From: Cladosporium halotolerans | Taxonomy: Eukaryota | Assembly: GCF_011745625.1 (NCBI RefSeq) | Contig: NW_027191472.1 | Location: 124,001 to 188,000, forward strand | Direction: 5' to 3' | Length of the DNA: 64,000 nt | Shown: positions 37,909-52,200 of the stretch, piece by piece | How the letters are laid out: every line of letters starts with the position of its first letter | Position numbering within the stretch: position 1 is the first letter of the stretch | The notes under the pieces: model-generated | Database searches by the model: none | The model's input: the letters and a program-made list of their open reading frames with translations, nothing else | What the model was told of the DNA's origin: nothing | Program-made: the position numbers and the translations under genes

Positions 37909-40339
37909 ATGTCCGACAAAAAAACAATCCGGTGGCAAAATCTAAGCGCCGACGGCAATTCCAGGCAGCACAACGGCGACGTCCATAACACCTGTAGGTG
38001 CATTACCTCGTCAATTTAGTGCCGTGCATGGAGACGGCTCCAAAAATGTCTCGCTGACATGGGCTCCAATAGACGTTACACATCACCATCACGCTAGCAC
38101 CTCAGTTGGGGAATGCGAGACGGAGCTTGAGCAGCGAGCAAAGCATCAAGAGGAGCTTTGGAGAGACGATCTACTCAAATGGCTGGTTTTCGCCCGAATC
38201 CATGATCGCAGGGAACAAGTCAAGAAACCACACGAGCGGACCTTCAGATGGATCTTCGAAAGAGACCACACCACGGGTCTTGTGGATTGGCTCCAATCAG
38301 ATGAGGATGTCTACTGGATCAGCGGAAAACCCGCCTCTGGCAAGTCGACTCTGATGAAATACATCACACAGACGTTGCGCAAGCGCAAAGACCTGAGAAG
38401 TCGGGCACATGGATCCGTCGTGCTGGCATCTTTCTGGTTCTGGGCCATCGGCTCAGAGCTCCAAAGGACCTTGGTGGGACTCTACAGATCCCTGCTGTAC
38501 GAAATCCTCAGGCAGGATCAGCGCATGTGTCGGATTGCATTTCCATTCTGGGAGCGCGAGTTCTCCGATACAGCGCCAACGTTGCCCTCGCTTCGCGCTG
38601 CAATGGATTCTGTCCTTGAAACCGACCAGATGTCGACAAGCTTCCTTTTTCTCATTGACGGGTTGGATGAGTATGATAGCGATGGTGTCGGCAAAACTGA
38701 ATTGGCATAAATTATGCTGGGAATGGCACGCTCGTCCAACATCAAGATTGTGGTTTCCAGTCGCCCGGAGACATCTTTTGAAAACAGTTTCCGATGTTGT
38801 AAGAAACTTCGTTTGGAGGACCTCACAAAGGGCGACATCGCGAATTTTGTCGAGTCAAGGCTCATTTCAAATCCAAGTCTTCGACAGTTGACCCTATCCG
38901 AAGAGCATCGGCTTCTCGACATTGCCGCGTACATCCGACAACATGCCCGAGGGGTTTTCCTGTGGGTTGCGCTCATCTGCAAAATAGTTGTCGACAGTGT
39001 CAACAATTACGAGAATACCAAGATGATCCACGACCGCATAGATGAAATTCCATTGGAGCTGGACGACCTCTTCACGCATGTCCTGACCATTCGGGTTCCT
39101 TGCCGTTATAGGACGGAAACACTCAGATATCTTTTGATGACATTGCATTGGAAAAACTTGGAATGCAGTCCCATGCGGTACGAAGAAGTGACTTCTGAGG
39201 TTCTGTTCCTAGGCCAGCAGGCATCAGACTACGAAGTGGCGTGCCGCGTCTCACGCATTGGCCCAGATCAGTATCGAGAAGCTGTTGCTACGGGTAGAGA
39301 CTATATCAGAGCCCGGTGCCACGGGCTACTCGAGTGTGCCGAGGATGAATTAGCACCTTTGCCGTGGGCGAAGCCTAAGTCCTCCACAGCTCTCATGTTC
39401 TTGCACAGGAGCCTCTTCGATTACCTCAACAAGCAAGAGGCCAAAAATGGTCTCTTCAAATATGTTCTGGACGAACGTTTTGATCCTTCGTTGGCTTTGG
39501 TTTCCGCCATTGGCGCGTGTCTTATCAACTGCGACAAATTTTCCGGATATACTGTCATGGATCCGAACATTAAGAAGCTCTTGTATTTGAATGCTAAAGC
39601 GGAAGCCTCCACTGGAAGCTCTCTATTTGATCTCCTCACTTACATTGATGGAAGGCTGCAGCAAAGGTTCCTACAGACCCGAGATCGATCATGGGATGAG
39701 ATCGTGCACTGGACATACCGGTTGGATGGCATTGGGGACCCAACTCAAGATTATTCACCAAACTCTTATCCTAGAGGCCTCTACCCGTCTCTGCTATCTA
39801 CAGTGTTGGAAACTGGTGGCATCCTATTCCTCGAAGACGCAATTAAGCGGCCTGGAGCTATCACCACACAAGAAGCAACTGAAACCCTCGGCTTCCAAGT
39901 TTATTCCAGTTCCTTAAACGCCAGAGCAATCGAGGTCTTACCGCAGCACGGTGCAGAGCCTTTGGGAATCATCGAAGGATGCGACCTCAGTCCATGGCGA
40001 ATCCTGCTGAATAAAATAGTCAGCCACTGGCAACAACATAACAACGCGGAATGTCTGGAAGTAGTGCGCTTGCTTGCTTTGTACTCACGCGACCGGAAGA
40101 AGTGCCGCCTTGTGAAGCACTCTGACAGCAAACACACCATGCCCTCTCTGATTCGCAAACAATTTCTCTCGGCACCGTGCTGTTCCGGTAAATCCTGGAA
40201 GGAGTGCGATTGCGCTGAAGCCCAAAGGAACAGAGCTGCAGCGATGGCGGTCTTACAGCTCCTTGACGGAAAACCTTCAGTCACATCCAAAATCACGAAA
40301 ATATGGAAGCTCAAGGCAACCTTCCTCCGAGATAAGTAG
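37909..40339 (+). pseudogene. NACHT-type fungal NLR-like gene with N-terminal amyloid-like motif, interrupted by in-frame TAA at 38708-38710
   Basis: Exon 1 37909-37993, intron 37994-38072; HERTFRWIF, Walker A WISGKPASGKSTLMK, Walker B FLIDGLDEY, IVVSSRP, ARGVFLWV. ORFs 38024-38710 and 38714-40339 share one frame. Confidence 0.85.
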
Positions 40340-40482
40340 AGCGATTTACACTCTATTGCATTTGAGACCACGCTTTTGCACCAGACCGGGGAGATGGGAA
40401 AAACTTCTGAGCATGTTTGGCGTACATAGGCTTTTGTATATCGATCTTCTCTTGCCCAATAGTTGTTACTCATACAAAATCG

Positions 40483-41855
<1,373 letters not shown>

Positions 41856-42607
41856 TTTGGGTGGAGTTTGAGGTGTGAGAGAGGGAGGTTAGAGGAGGAG
41901 TGGTCAGTCCGGCTTTGGAGGAAATGTTTGGAGCATGCTGTGTAATGGTAGAGGTAGTCGGCTCGGCCGGCTACCCGGGGCATAAGCTTGTAAGCCGAGG
42001 TTCGTTCACATGCGAAATCTGGGGAAACTCAGAGATTATGACATGGCGAGGAAAACACAATGTCCATCCGCTCCGGCGGATGGGCAATACAAATATTAAA
42101 ACTGCAAGCGGAAAATAAGTCGCAGCAACGATCACCACACAATGAAAATTTAGCTCGGCTCGAAGGGTTGTAGTCAAAACGTCATACCACCATTAATATT
42201 CTCATCCTCATGGCTCATGCTAGAAACTAAGGTACAAAGACCCACAGACAAAAAAACTCAGGTGTGCGGGATTCTTTTGTCTCGCCTCGCTTCGCATGCA
42301 TCAGGGGAGAAACGTAGGCAAATCGTGTGAACGTAAGAAGAGAAAAAAAGGTCGTAGAAACGAGAAGCAAGAGGAGAAGCCCCACCATATCCCCATAGCA
42401 TTCTGATCGTACAGGTCCGTCGTGCTGTGCTTCGTCACTCTAATCCCAGGGAACGCCTCCAAGAGATGGTTGCTCGGTGTCATTCTCCAGTTGCGCGTCA
42501 GGCGTTGGCAAGAGTGTGCCGGTGGGCACATTATTCAATCTCTTCCACCTTTTACTTCCCACTCTTAGCTTGTCGCCTTTTGCTGGTTTGGGTTGTGTGC
42601 TGCTTCC

Positions 42608-44217
42608 CTAAAGAGAAACAAGGGGCTCCTTCTTCTCCTCAGCGGCGTGAGGCTCGGAGACAGAAAGCGGCTCAGCGGCCTCAGGCTCCTGGCCGGAGGC
42701 AGCGTGGGGCTCGGCGGTGGGCGCGGCAGGGAAGTCAGCCTTCTCAGCGCTGGTCGGCTGCTCGACGACAGGGGAGCTGGCCTTCTCAGCCGGCGCCGCC
42801 TCGGCGGGCTGCTCAACAGGAGCGGAGGGAGCGCTGGTCTCCTTGGCGGGGGCAGCATCGGTGTAGCTCTTCTCAACGGGCGCGCCGGGGGCCTTCTCGG
42901 CGGTCTCCTTGCTCACGTAGCCCTTGTCCACAGCGGCCTTCTTGGCACCACCCATGTACTCCTGGGCCATGGAAACGTACTGAGAAGTAGCGGAGGAGGT
43001 GGCCTCGAAAGCCTTGTTGGTGTTCTTAGCGGCAACCTGGCGGAACTGCGCGGTCTGCTTGTTGGCGAGCTCGGCGGCGTTGTTGAGGTGGCGGTCGATC
43101 AGCTCCTTGTTCTTGATGTAGATCAGAGGAGTAAGGTAGACGACGAAGGTGGAGAGGAGTAGGAGACCCCACTTGGGAGTGACCTTGACGAGGAAGTAGC
43201 CGATGAGGGTGGTGAAGAAAGCCTGGGATGTGTTAGACTATGATTCCCAAGTGATCTTCGCAATATCAGTTCACATACAGCAATAGTGGCCCAGACGTTC
43301 TCGGCGAAAAGGATGCGCTGGAACTCAATAACGAAGAAGTTGATAAGCTCCTCGAGGTCACCGGTGATGCTGTCCAGAGTCTCACGCGGAATTGTGTAGT
43401 ATCTCTTAGGGCGCATCTTGGTAGCGAAACCCTCGCCGAGGATGAAGTGACCAACGAGCTCGGCGGCAGCGGTCACACCGAGAACGGTGAAAGCAGCCTT
43501 AAGAACGTAGCGCTCGAGAGGGACATAGCGGGCGAGCAGAATGCCGGTGACAATAGTGGCGAAGGAGATGGCGGTGGCTCGCGGGTTCTCCCAGCTGAGG
43601 AGAGAGTAGAAGAGGGAGTGGTAGTGAGTGAGGTTCTGGCCGGTAGCAGTCTTGCTGTTGGGTGTCTGGCGGGCAGCGGCCAGGTTGGAGAACTCGTTCT
43701 TGGTGGTGGCAGCCTCATTGCGAGCCTTGTCGGCAACCGGGCCGTTGGAAATAGACTGCATGGTCTGCGAGTTCTGGATGGAGTTCATGGTGTTGGAGGC
43801 AGCTGTTGTTGATGTTAGGATAAATGTGGAAGGCGGCGCGTCTCAATCAGGCTGAGGAGATACTGTTGGACAGGTGTCAGCCCGTGGAATTCGGAGGTGT
43901 TTCTGTGCGGAAGGCCGGATAGCAAAACAAGAGAAGGCAGACAAAAGAGGGTGACGCTTATCAGTCGGAGAGAGTCACTGCTGCGCATGACAAGTGTCGC
44001 GACCTTTCATGGCGTAGCAGTGGCTGCCCAAGTGACTGCAGGCACCCTCTTTCCGTCTGACGTCGCTGGGCCTCAGCCGTGTCCTGCTTCCATTGTCCGA
44101 CAGCTTGCAATCTGCGCCTACCTCACAGTTGGTCACGGTGTCTTTGATGCTAGTGCCGTTCGCCTGGCCCTGGTTGTTCAGGTCGGGGTAGTCGGGAGCA
44201 GAGGTGGTGTCGGCCAT
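42608..44217 (-). CDS. RTN1: Reticulon-like ER-shaping protein
   Basis: HYHSLFYSLLSWENPRATAISF, RPKRYYTIPRE, ELINFFVIEFQRILFAEN, PLIYIKNKELID, Ala/Pro/Glu-rich tail. Complex intron 43803-44126 and intron 43223-43278. Confidence 0.92.
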
Positions 44218-45283
44218 GGCTGGTGTGTGGTCGCGTGCTCAAGTCAAGCGGTCTAATCGGAGCTCTGGGAGCTGGTGGGAGCTTGCGGGGAGGAAGATAT
44301 TAGGCTCCGGGAATGGAGTTTGCGACAGGGTAGAGGTGAGAAGTATGGAAACCGAGGATGGAGTGTATTATTCCAAGGTATTCGCGTGCAGACAGAAGAC
44401 GAGCCCGGCGGATGTTTCGAATTGACGCAAAATCAAGTTGTTTGGGGCTCCACCTTTGTGACATGGGCTAGCTGCGTGGTCGTGCGTCATGCGCGCCACA
44501 TATCTCAACAATTCGCTGGCTACAACGCTTCATCCCTCCGTCATCCCACTGCCGTCCGCGGCCGACTGAATCAGCGGTGCGGAAAATGCTGTTTCAAGGC
44601 TTTTGAGAGATTCTTAGGTAGTCTCAAGATTGCCTCCTTCAAATTGTCGCAGCCCAAACTTCGTCCCTTTGCGCCTCAGCCGGCCGGACAGACTTTGACA
44701 TGTGATAGCAGGCGCCGCTCGCTTACCCCGCCCCACTCTTCAGCTGGAAACGGTATCATGTTTTGATTTGGCACAAGCCCTGGCTTGCCGTTCGCTTGGG
44801 CAGCATCGCCGCTGGGACCTACCAAAGAAAGGGGCAAATGCCCGCCTGAAGAGTGTGGATTGGGTGTCGAATGTTCTACCTTTGTTCCATCTCCAGGAAA
44901 TTTTCTTTGATGTTGATACCATGCTCAGGTGGATCACTGGCCGAATCCGATCTCATCCCTAGGTTGTATTTGACAGGCCTCCCGTCCTCTTTCCCGTCCC
45001 AACTTGATACCCAAAAGTTGTCATGCACCATGGCTGATCATCTACCAATCATCATGTGTGTGACTAGGCAGGTACAAAGCATAGCAAAGAGAAAGCGATG
45101 CTCCACAGACCTGGAGCCCCGAACCTAGCGGGTTTGATCCGCGCAAGGATGCGAGTCCCCTAATCGCAAAGTTGAAGACAACAGCGACGGGCTACATAAT
45201 GAGAAATCGTCCATTGGAAGTATTGAATCCTCAGAAAATTCATGATATCATTCTGGAAGCGCCAATCAACGACCTATATGCAT

Positions 45284-46299
45284 CTACTCCAAGTAGTCAC
45301 CGCCGGTCTCCTTGTGGATCACATCAAATAGCGGCTTCGCGCTGAACCAGCCTGCCTTGCGCGAGCCCACAGTACGAGCGGTGTATTCAGCCTCCTCGGC
45401 ACCAATTGGAACGGGCTTCTCGCCGCGTGACCCAGCCGCCGCTTCGGCCATGAGCTGGCTGTGGCAGCACTTGTCCAGGGACAAGAACCAGAAGACAGCC
45501 TTTACGCGTGGTCAGTAAACTTCAATTGATCTGGGATCCTACTCGTAATGCACTCACCTCCTCCACGGATCCGCCCACAGTCAGCAATCCATGGTTCTGC
45601 AGCAACGCAGCCTTCTTCTCCCCAAGACAAGCAGCAATGTCCTTCCCCTCCTTCTCCGCCAACACAACGCCGTTGAAACTCTCATAAAGCACATGGTCAT
45701 TGTGAAACGCGCACGAATCCTGCGTCAGCGTATCCAGCTTCCGGCCCAGCGTGCACCACGTCCGGCCATAGATGCTGTGGCTGTGCGCCGCGCAGATCAC
45801 ATCCGGCCTCGCCTCGTGGATCGCGCTGTGGATCATGTACGCCGCCGTGTTGAGCAGCCGGTTCTCGCCGCCGCCGATCACCTGCCCGGCGTGGTCGACG
45901 AGGATCAGGTCGGATTTGGTGATGAGGCTGAAGGCGCGCCCGAACGGGTTCACCCAGAAGCAGTCCGGCTGCACGGGGTCGCGAAGCGTGATGTGGCCCG
46001 CCACGCCCTCGTCGAAGCCGTATTTGCCGAAGATCCGGAAGGCGGCGGCCAGGCGGCCTTTGAGGTATTCGCGCTCTTCGTGCTTGTCGGTGAATGTGGG
46101 GGCTCTGAGAGGTGGTTAGATTGTTGGTGAGGGTCTGGAAAGAAGCTGGACAGAGCTGGACTCACGAGGGAAACGCGGTCATCTTGCCCTGGGCAATGTT
46201 CTTCTTGATTCCTGGTTCCAAGGGGGCCTGGCCAGGGTTGACTGGGACGTCTTTGCCATCAGAGGCAACGGCGGTTGTGCTCTCTGCGTGTGGCGCCAT
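45284..46299 (-). CDS. Class II aldolase/adducin-family protein (Mug14-like)
   Basis: AAAFRIFGKYGFDEGVAGHITLRDP, IHSAIH, AAHSHS, LLQNHGLLT metal-binding motifs. Introns 46105-46165 and 45500-45557. Confidence 0.92.
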
Positions 46300-46957
46300 T
46301 GTGAAGTCTTTTTTTGAGCCGGTGTTGGGTCGAAGTAGTCCTATCAGCCAATACGAAAAGTGAAATATCAAGAAATGATATAGCAAGAATTGTATGCTTA
46401 TATAGAGAAGAACAAGTTGTAGCAAATGATAAGCCCATCAATGGATATGATAAATCGCCACCCATGAGCGCGGCATAGGTTGCCCCGCATCGTTCTCCAC
46501 CCCTCGGCCAAAGCGTCGGGCAAGCACCGCCTACACGATCGTCCTGTCGGCACCTCGCCCGTTTAGCTCGAAATGCTTGTCTTCTTCAGCTCTTAATTCT
46601 TTACGGCCGAAGTGAATGTATACACTGAGCATGGATTCACGTTTGGCGGTGTTGAAGGCTCAGGGCTTGCTTCCCCCGCCGGAGCCGAGGCAATCGTTTC
46701 GTGAAGGTCGAACTTGTCTTCATGTCTCTGTTACACGGAACGCTTGTCTCACTTCTTCGGCCGAGGCAAAGGTGCTGACTGCCGGATCAGCACTACAGAC
46801 ATGATCAGCGGACCACGTCAAGCCAACCCACGTAAGATCTGCACGGCAGCTGCACAATCCGCATCCGTGTATCATCTCGTCTTCGCATCAATCCGCCAGC
46901 CCGCCCACATGGCTCTGTACAATCCCCAATCTCACGCCCAGACAAACAGAGCACATC

Positions 46958-47674
46958 TCAAACACCCCCCCTCTCCCTCTCCCTCTCCGCCTCCCTCACC
47001 TCCCCCAACCCCCTCATCTGCCTCCCCTCCTCGTCAAAATTCCCCTCCCCCATCCACGCCTCAATAACCCTCTTCTCCCTCGGCCACTCCCCATCCAGCA
47101 TCGAAAACCACGCCGTATCCCGATTCGCCCCCTTGACAACCATATGCTGCCTAAACACCCCCTCAAACACATGCCCGTACCGCAGCGCCGCGCGCCGCGA
47201 AGGCGCATTCAGCGCATTGCACTTCCACTCCAGCCTGCGGTACCCGGCCGCGAAGGCGCGCGAAGCAAGCAGGTACCAGGCTTCCGTCGCGCCGACGGTG
47301 CGCTGCAGGGCAGGGGTGTAGAGGATGTTGCCGATTTCGACGACGGCGTTGGCGCTGTCGATGCGCAGGTAGGACGTGTGGCCGAGGATGGCGCCCGTGG
47401 CGTTGGAGCGGATGGCCCAGAAGATTGCGCTGGGCGAGGAGGCGTGTTGGGTTATGTAGGATTGGAAGGTGGCGAGGTCGGCGAAGGGGCCGGACGGCAT
47501 GTAGGTCCAGAGAGGGGCGGCGGCGGGGCCGCTGATGAGGGGGTAGAGGGCTGGGGCGTGGTGGGGGGCGAGCGGTTCGAGGGTTATGTGGGTGCCGGGG
47601 AGGGTTTCGGTGGGGGAGGAGGGGTGGAGGGGGAGGGGGTTTGGTTGGATGGGGGTGGTGGGTGAGGTGGACAT
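46958..47674 (-). CDS. GNAT acetyltransferase, RimJ/RimL type
   Basis: Intronless; LWTYMPSGPF, VEIGNILY, GYRRLEWKCNALNAPSRRAALRYG, FEGVFRQHMVVKGANRDTAWFSMLD. Confidence 0.92.
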   Translation of the reverse strand: MSTSPTTPIQPNPLPLHPSSPTETLPGTHITLEPLAPHHAPALYPLISGPAAAPLWTYMPSGPFADLATFQSYITQHASSPSAIFWAIRSNATGAILGHTSYLRIDSANAVVEIGNILYTPALQRTVGATEAWYLLASRAFAAGYRRLEWKCNALNAPSRRAALRYGHVFEGVFRQHMVVKGANRDTAWFSMLDGEWPREKRVIEAWMGEGNFDEEGRQMRGLGEVREAERERERGGV

Positions 47675-48254
47675 TTTTGGATCTTTGGATGGGATGGGTG
47701 GGGAAGCAAGCTGGGTGGGAGAGTTGTGCTTGATTGTATTGTTGGAAGAGTTTGAGGGAAATTGGATACAGGACTTATACGCGAGAAAAGTATTGTGAGT
47801 CGCGAATATGTTATGAGTCGAGTGTCCGTGTCCGCCTATCGGGCAATTGATGTATGGCTCGGCAGTAGCTTCCTAATGCGTCCTTTCTGCAGCTGAAGGA
47901 CGCTGGATCAGTAATCGTCCTCTCTCGCAGTGTCGACTGTTGCGGACATGAGACTCGAAGACTGCCTGTCATCACAGGTTGCTCGGGATGGAAATATCTC
48001 TTAAAGCTCTGGGAAGGTTGATACTTCCTTCACGAGCAGATGTTCATCTTCGAGATGGATGACCGTCTAGCTCTAGCCGCAGGGATGGGCGAAGGCGCGT
48101 GGGGCTCGTCCCCTAGTTGCGGTGATAATCATTCTTATCGTCGAGGATGCCAAACCACATGACTATGAGGCGACCAGGCAGTAATAACTTGCTCAATCGA
48201 ACAGACTTTAGGATCGCGATCCTATCACACTTCTGGAAGGAGCTGGAAGCAGTC

Positions 48255-48294
48255 TACTCCGAACTTTTATGTACTCCGAACTCCTACTCCGAAC
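48255..48294. repeat. Three direct copies of TACTCCGAAC
   Basis: Copies at 48255, 48272 and 48285 in the divergent GNAT/TF intergenic region. Confidence 0.8.
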
Positions 48295-49224
48295 GTCGGC
48301 TGCAGTCAGCACGCTTGGCGAATCCAAGGGTGGATCCTACCGCGTGTCGCAATCCACAGTCTCGGATCTGGAGTTCAATGGCGGCGACGTCCAATGCACG
48401 AGAGGCCAAGGCGAAGCTGGATGTGTCGAATCAGCGTTGGAATCACGGTTCCTGCAGCGATTGACAGTCACATCGAGTAGCTGCCTTGCGCATGCTGACA
48501 AACGGCACACCGCCTGATAAGATGGATGAAGCATATCATTGGAGACTTCAGGAGCAACAACGCGGGGAATGATCGACAGATGGTGGCCTGGAGCATGAAG
48601 GCTGCGCGTGGTCATCAGTCGCGTGTGAGTTTTCGGCGTACGGCGTACCTATGAGTGCATTCTTTATGCGTGGAAGGTTCCGAAACGCTTGCGAGTTTCG
48701 GGGCCGAGGCAGCTTGTAGAGCGTATGCGACATGGCCTACTCCTTCATGCAACATCTGCGCGGAGGACGATATCGACAGTCATGAAATGATATAAAAATG
48801 CCCTCCATTCGGTATTCCATTGCCACTACGGACGATAAGTTTTACTACGCTCCAGGGCACGGCCGCAGTAGCCGTCCTCAGCGCCAAAGCTGCAGCAGTC
48901 GGAGTCCGCGTGCTGCGGCCTTCCCCGCCAAAGAGTGGGCCGAGCTCGGCGAAGCCATGCGGTTCTGTCAATGGAAGGGCGCAAAGTACAAGCTGCACCG
49001 TACCGCCTGCGCACCAGCCCGGCGCGATGACTCTACCCGTCCGCGCATTGCAGTCGGCAGGCGGGCACGAGCGCTGCAGTCGTTGTCTTTAGGTCCAGTT
49101 GCGCCCTTCTGTTTCTTGTCTCGCGCCTTTCTACATATCATCTTATCAAACCCGTGCTTTGCCGCGCAGCCTCGCGCTGAACCGGTGCCACGTCCCGCAC
49201 GCCTTTTGATGCCTGCAATAGGCA

Positions 49225-52200
49225 ATGCCTACCATCGCCGAGGAGCCCGAAATGGCCTTCGACATGACTGAGCCAATCGACACGTTGGGCGGCGTGGCTT
49301 TGGATGGGCACGCCGACACCCTTGCCGGTGCGCCTGCAGATCTGCCCGCCTTGACCCAGCAGCCTTATGTGTGCCCTGCGCACCCCGATGTGGACAAGTA
49401 GGTCCAGATTCACACTGACTCCCGACGTCCTCTACTGACATGCTTCAGCTGTCTGTGCCAAGGTGTGCCCGACTGGGACCTGGCCGTCCCCGAGAACCCA
49501 GGTGCTTTCGTCGAGGAGCCCGACTACAGCAAATTTGAGAACTTCATTCCAAGGTCCGCATTACTTGCTGGAGATCACTGACCTGACACTAATATGCGCA
49601 TAGATTTGTGCGTCCTGCAAAGCCTTGCGACTACTGTAGATCGAAGCACCTTGAGTGCTATTTGAGAGATGATTGTACGGGATGCACCTCATGCACGAGT
49701 CTTTTCCGGGAGTGCAGTCTTTCCAATTCCCAAACTCTGGAGGCGAGCAACTACAACAATGATTCTAATGGCGCCTTCTTCGACACCTTACATTCGGTCG
49801 ACGAGCTGTCCTGCAGAGAACGGGGCACCTTGACAGGCATCAAAACACTTCACAGCCGAGGCAGCGGCACCCTCACTCCTCGTGGGGACGACGCTCCAGG
49901 TAGTTCGAAGCGTAATGGCATCCGGTTCCCACGCCACGCGGTAAAAGCGTTGCGTGAGTGGTTGGATTCCCACCAGCACCACCCTTACCCGACCGAAGAG
50001 GAGAAAGCCGAGCTCGAGAGGCAAACTGAACTGAAGCCTATTCAAATCGCCAACTGGCTTGCGAACGCACGGCGAAGGGCCAAAACTAACCAAAGATCCC
50101 GCCCTAAACTTTGCGAATCCCCTAGTCTGCGACCCTGCACACCTGCTATCGACATTCCGGAACCGGAGAAGCCTTGGGAAGAACTCAACCCGTTCGAACG
50201 TTGGCAGCACTCTCCGCCTGAGAACGAGCCCGCCCGCTTCACGGATATTTTCAAGGCCGTCGAGCGGTCGGACCTCCCGGAAGAGGCCACTTCTCCTTCG
50301 AGCTACAACACACGCCGGCACAAGGACTCCAGCAACGGCTCTGGATGGTCTCAGAAACGGGCCCAGTCGACGACGTCTTTCGACACCAGCCAGCCCAGCT
50401 CGATTTCCCACTCCGCAGTATCTTCCGCTGCGAATTCGAGAGGCTCTTCGCATGGATCCTACGGTTCTTTCAGCTCAAGCCTTGCCGGAAAGAAGGATCG
50501 TCGACGACGAAGGAGGAATGTGACCACCCATGCGCGACAACCGACTGAAGACAAGCGACGCATTTTTCAATGCACGTTCTGCACAGACACTTTCAAGTCA
50601 AAGTACGACTGGACACGGCACGAAAAGTCATTGCATCTTTCTCTGGAGAAGTGGATCTGTGCCCCCATCGGGCCGGTGATCGTCGACAAGGAGACTGGAA
50701 AGAAGACATGCGTTTACTGCAAGGAGCAGGATGTCTCTGCCGAGCATGGAGAATCTCACAACCACAGCGCTTGCGAGGAGAAGGGCTTTGACGCGCGGAC
50801 CTTCTACCGTAAAGACCACTTGCGTCAGCATCTCCGACTCATGCACGGATGTGAGATGCTGCCTTGTATGGACGCCTGGAAGTCCGTTGCGACGAACATC
50901 AACAGCCGTTGCGGATTCTGCGCTCAGCGATTCAGTGTGTGGCAGGAGCGCGTCGATCACTTGACCGCGCATTTCAAGGCTGGCGCGAAGATGTCGCAGT
51001 GGAAGGGCTGCCGAGGACTGGACCCAGCGGTCGCGGCGCAAGTCACGAATGCGATGCCTCCTTACTTGATCGGCATTGAAGCCGTGAGCCCGAACCCTTT
51101 CAGCGCTACCAGCAGGAACCACTGCAATGCTCACGCAACCGAGGTGGTTGCCAGGGCCGAGGCACAGGAAGGACCTCGGGATCGTACTGTGGGAGGGAAT
51201 GATGCGGAGCAGAACCAAACGACGATGGCGACTTGCTGGGAGATTCTCACGGTCCGCCTCGGCAAGTACGCCAACGATATGGCCGCCAAGGGGATCGTCC
51301 TTACGGATGAAATGCTTCAGAGCTACGCGCGCAAAGTCCTGTACGGATCCGACGATAGCTGGAACCAGACGGCCGCCGACAACCCTGAATGGCTGGATCT
51401 TTTCAAGAAAGCGCACGGCTTAGATTTCATCCCGTCTGCCGTTGGCGGAGAAGGCTCGCAAATCCCCGAGGATCTGGAAACGTACGGCGATCTCGGCCTG
51501 CGCATACCCTTCTCTGTGCAGTTGGCGGCATTCAATCAGGCACAAGCAAAACAGCACGGCAATTTGAAGATGAGCCCTGGTCCAGACAAGCAGGTCATCC
51601 AGCAAAAGCGGGAAGAAGTCCGCAGCCTGTACCATCAGCTGGCGAAAGAGGGTGTTCTGCACGGACCTGATTACCGCTGCCAGCATGCGGAGTGCGAAGG
51701 CAATGTGGCGGACATGCGTCCGTTCGAGAAGTCACCGGGGACCGAGCCGAAGACTAGACGGTGGTGTTCGTATGAGCTGCCGATTTCGGCGTTGAAGCGT
51801 CCGGTCCAAGACAGCCCGGGGTTGCAGGCGAATTCAGGCACTCATACGCCAGTCTTCGATCCCAACTTGCAACAGCGCTTCTCTGCTGGTTCCGATTCAA
51901 TCGAGCAGCAACTGCTGGACTTCAACGCCGGTGTCATGAACGAGGAGTGGATATCAGAGGATCCCGTCGTCGCCGCCGCACAATCACGATGGGAAATGCT
52001 GGAGAGGCTCCAAAAAGGCGAAGTAGCCAACTGCCCCTTCACCGAGCAGAACGAACGCCTCGGCGCCCTCCGCGACCGGCAGCAAGCCACCTCCCGCGCA
52101 GACGCCATAGCTCGCGGCCTCGACACCCTCACAGCCATGGAGGCAGCAGAAGAAGACGACAACTGGGGCCCCAACGGCATCCCGCTCCGCGGCCCCCAGA

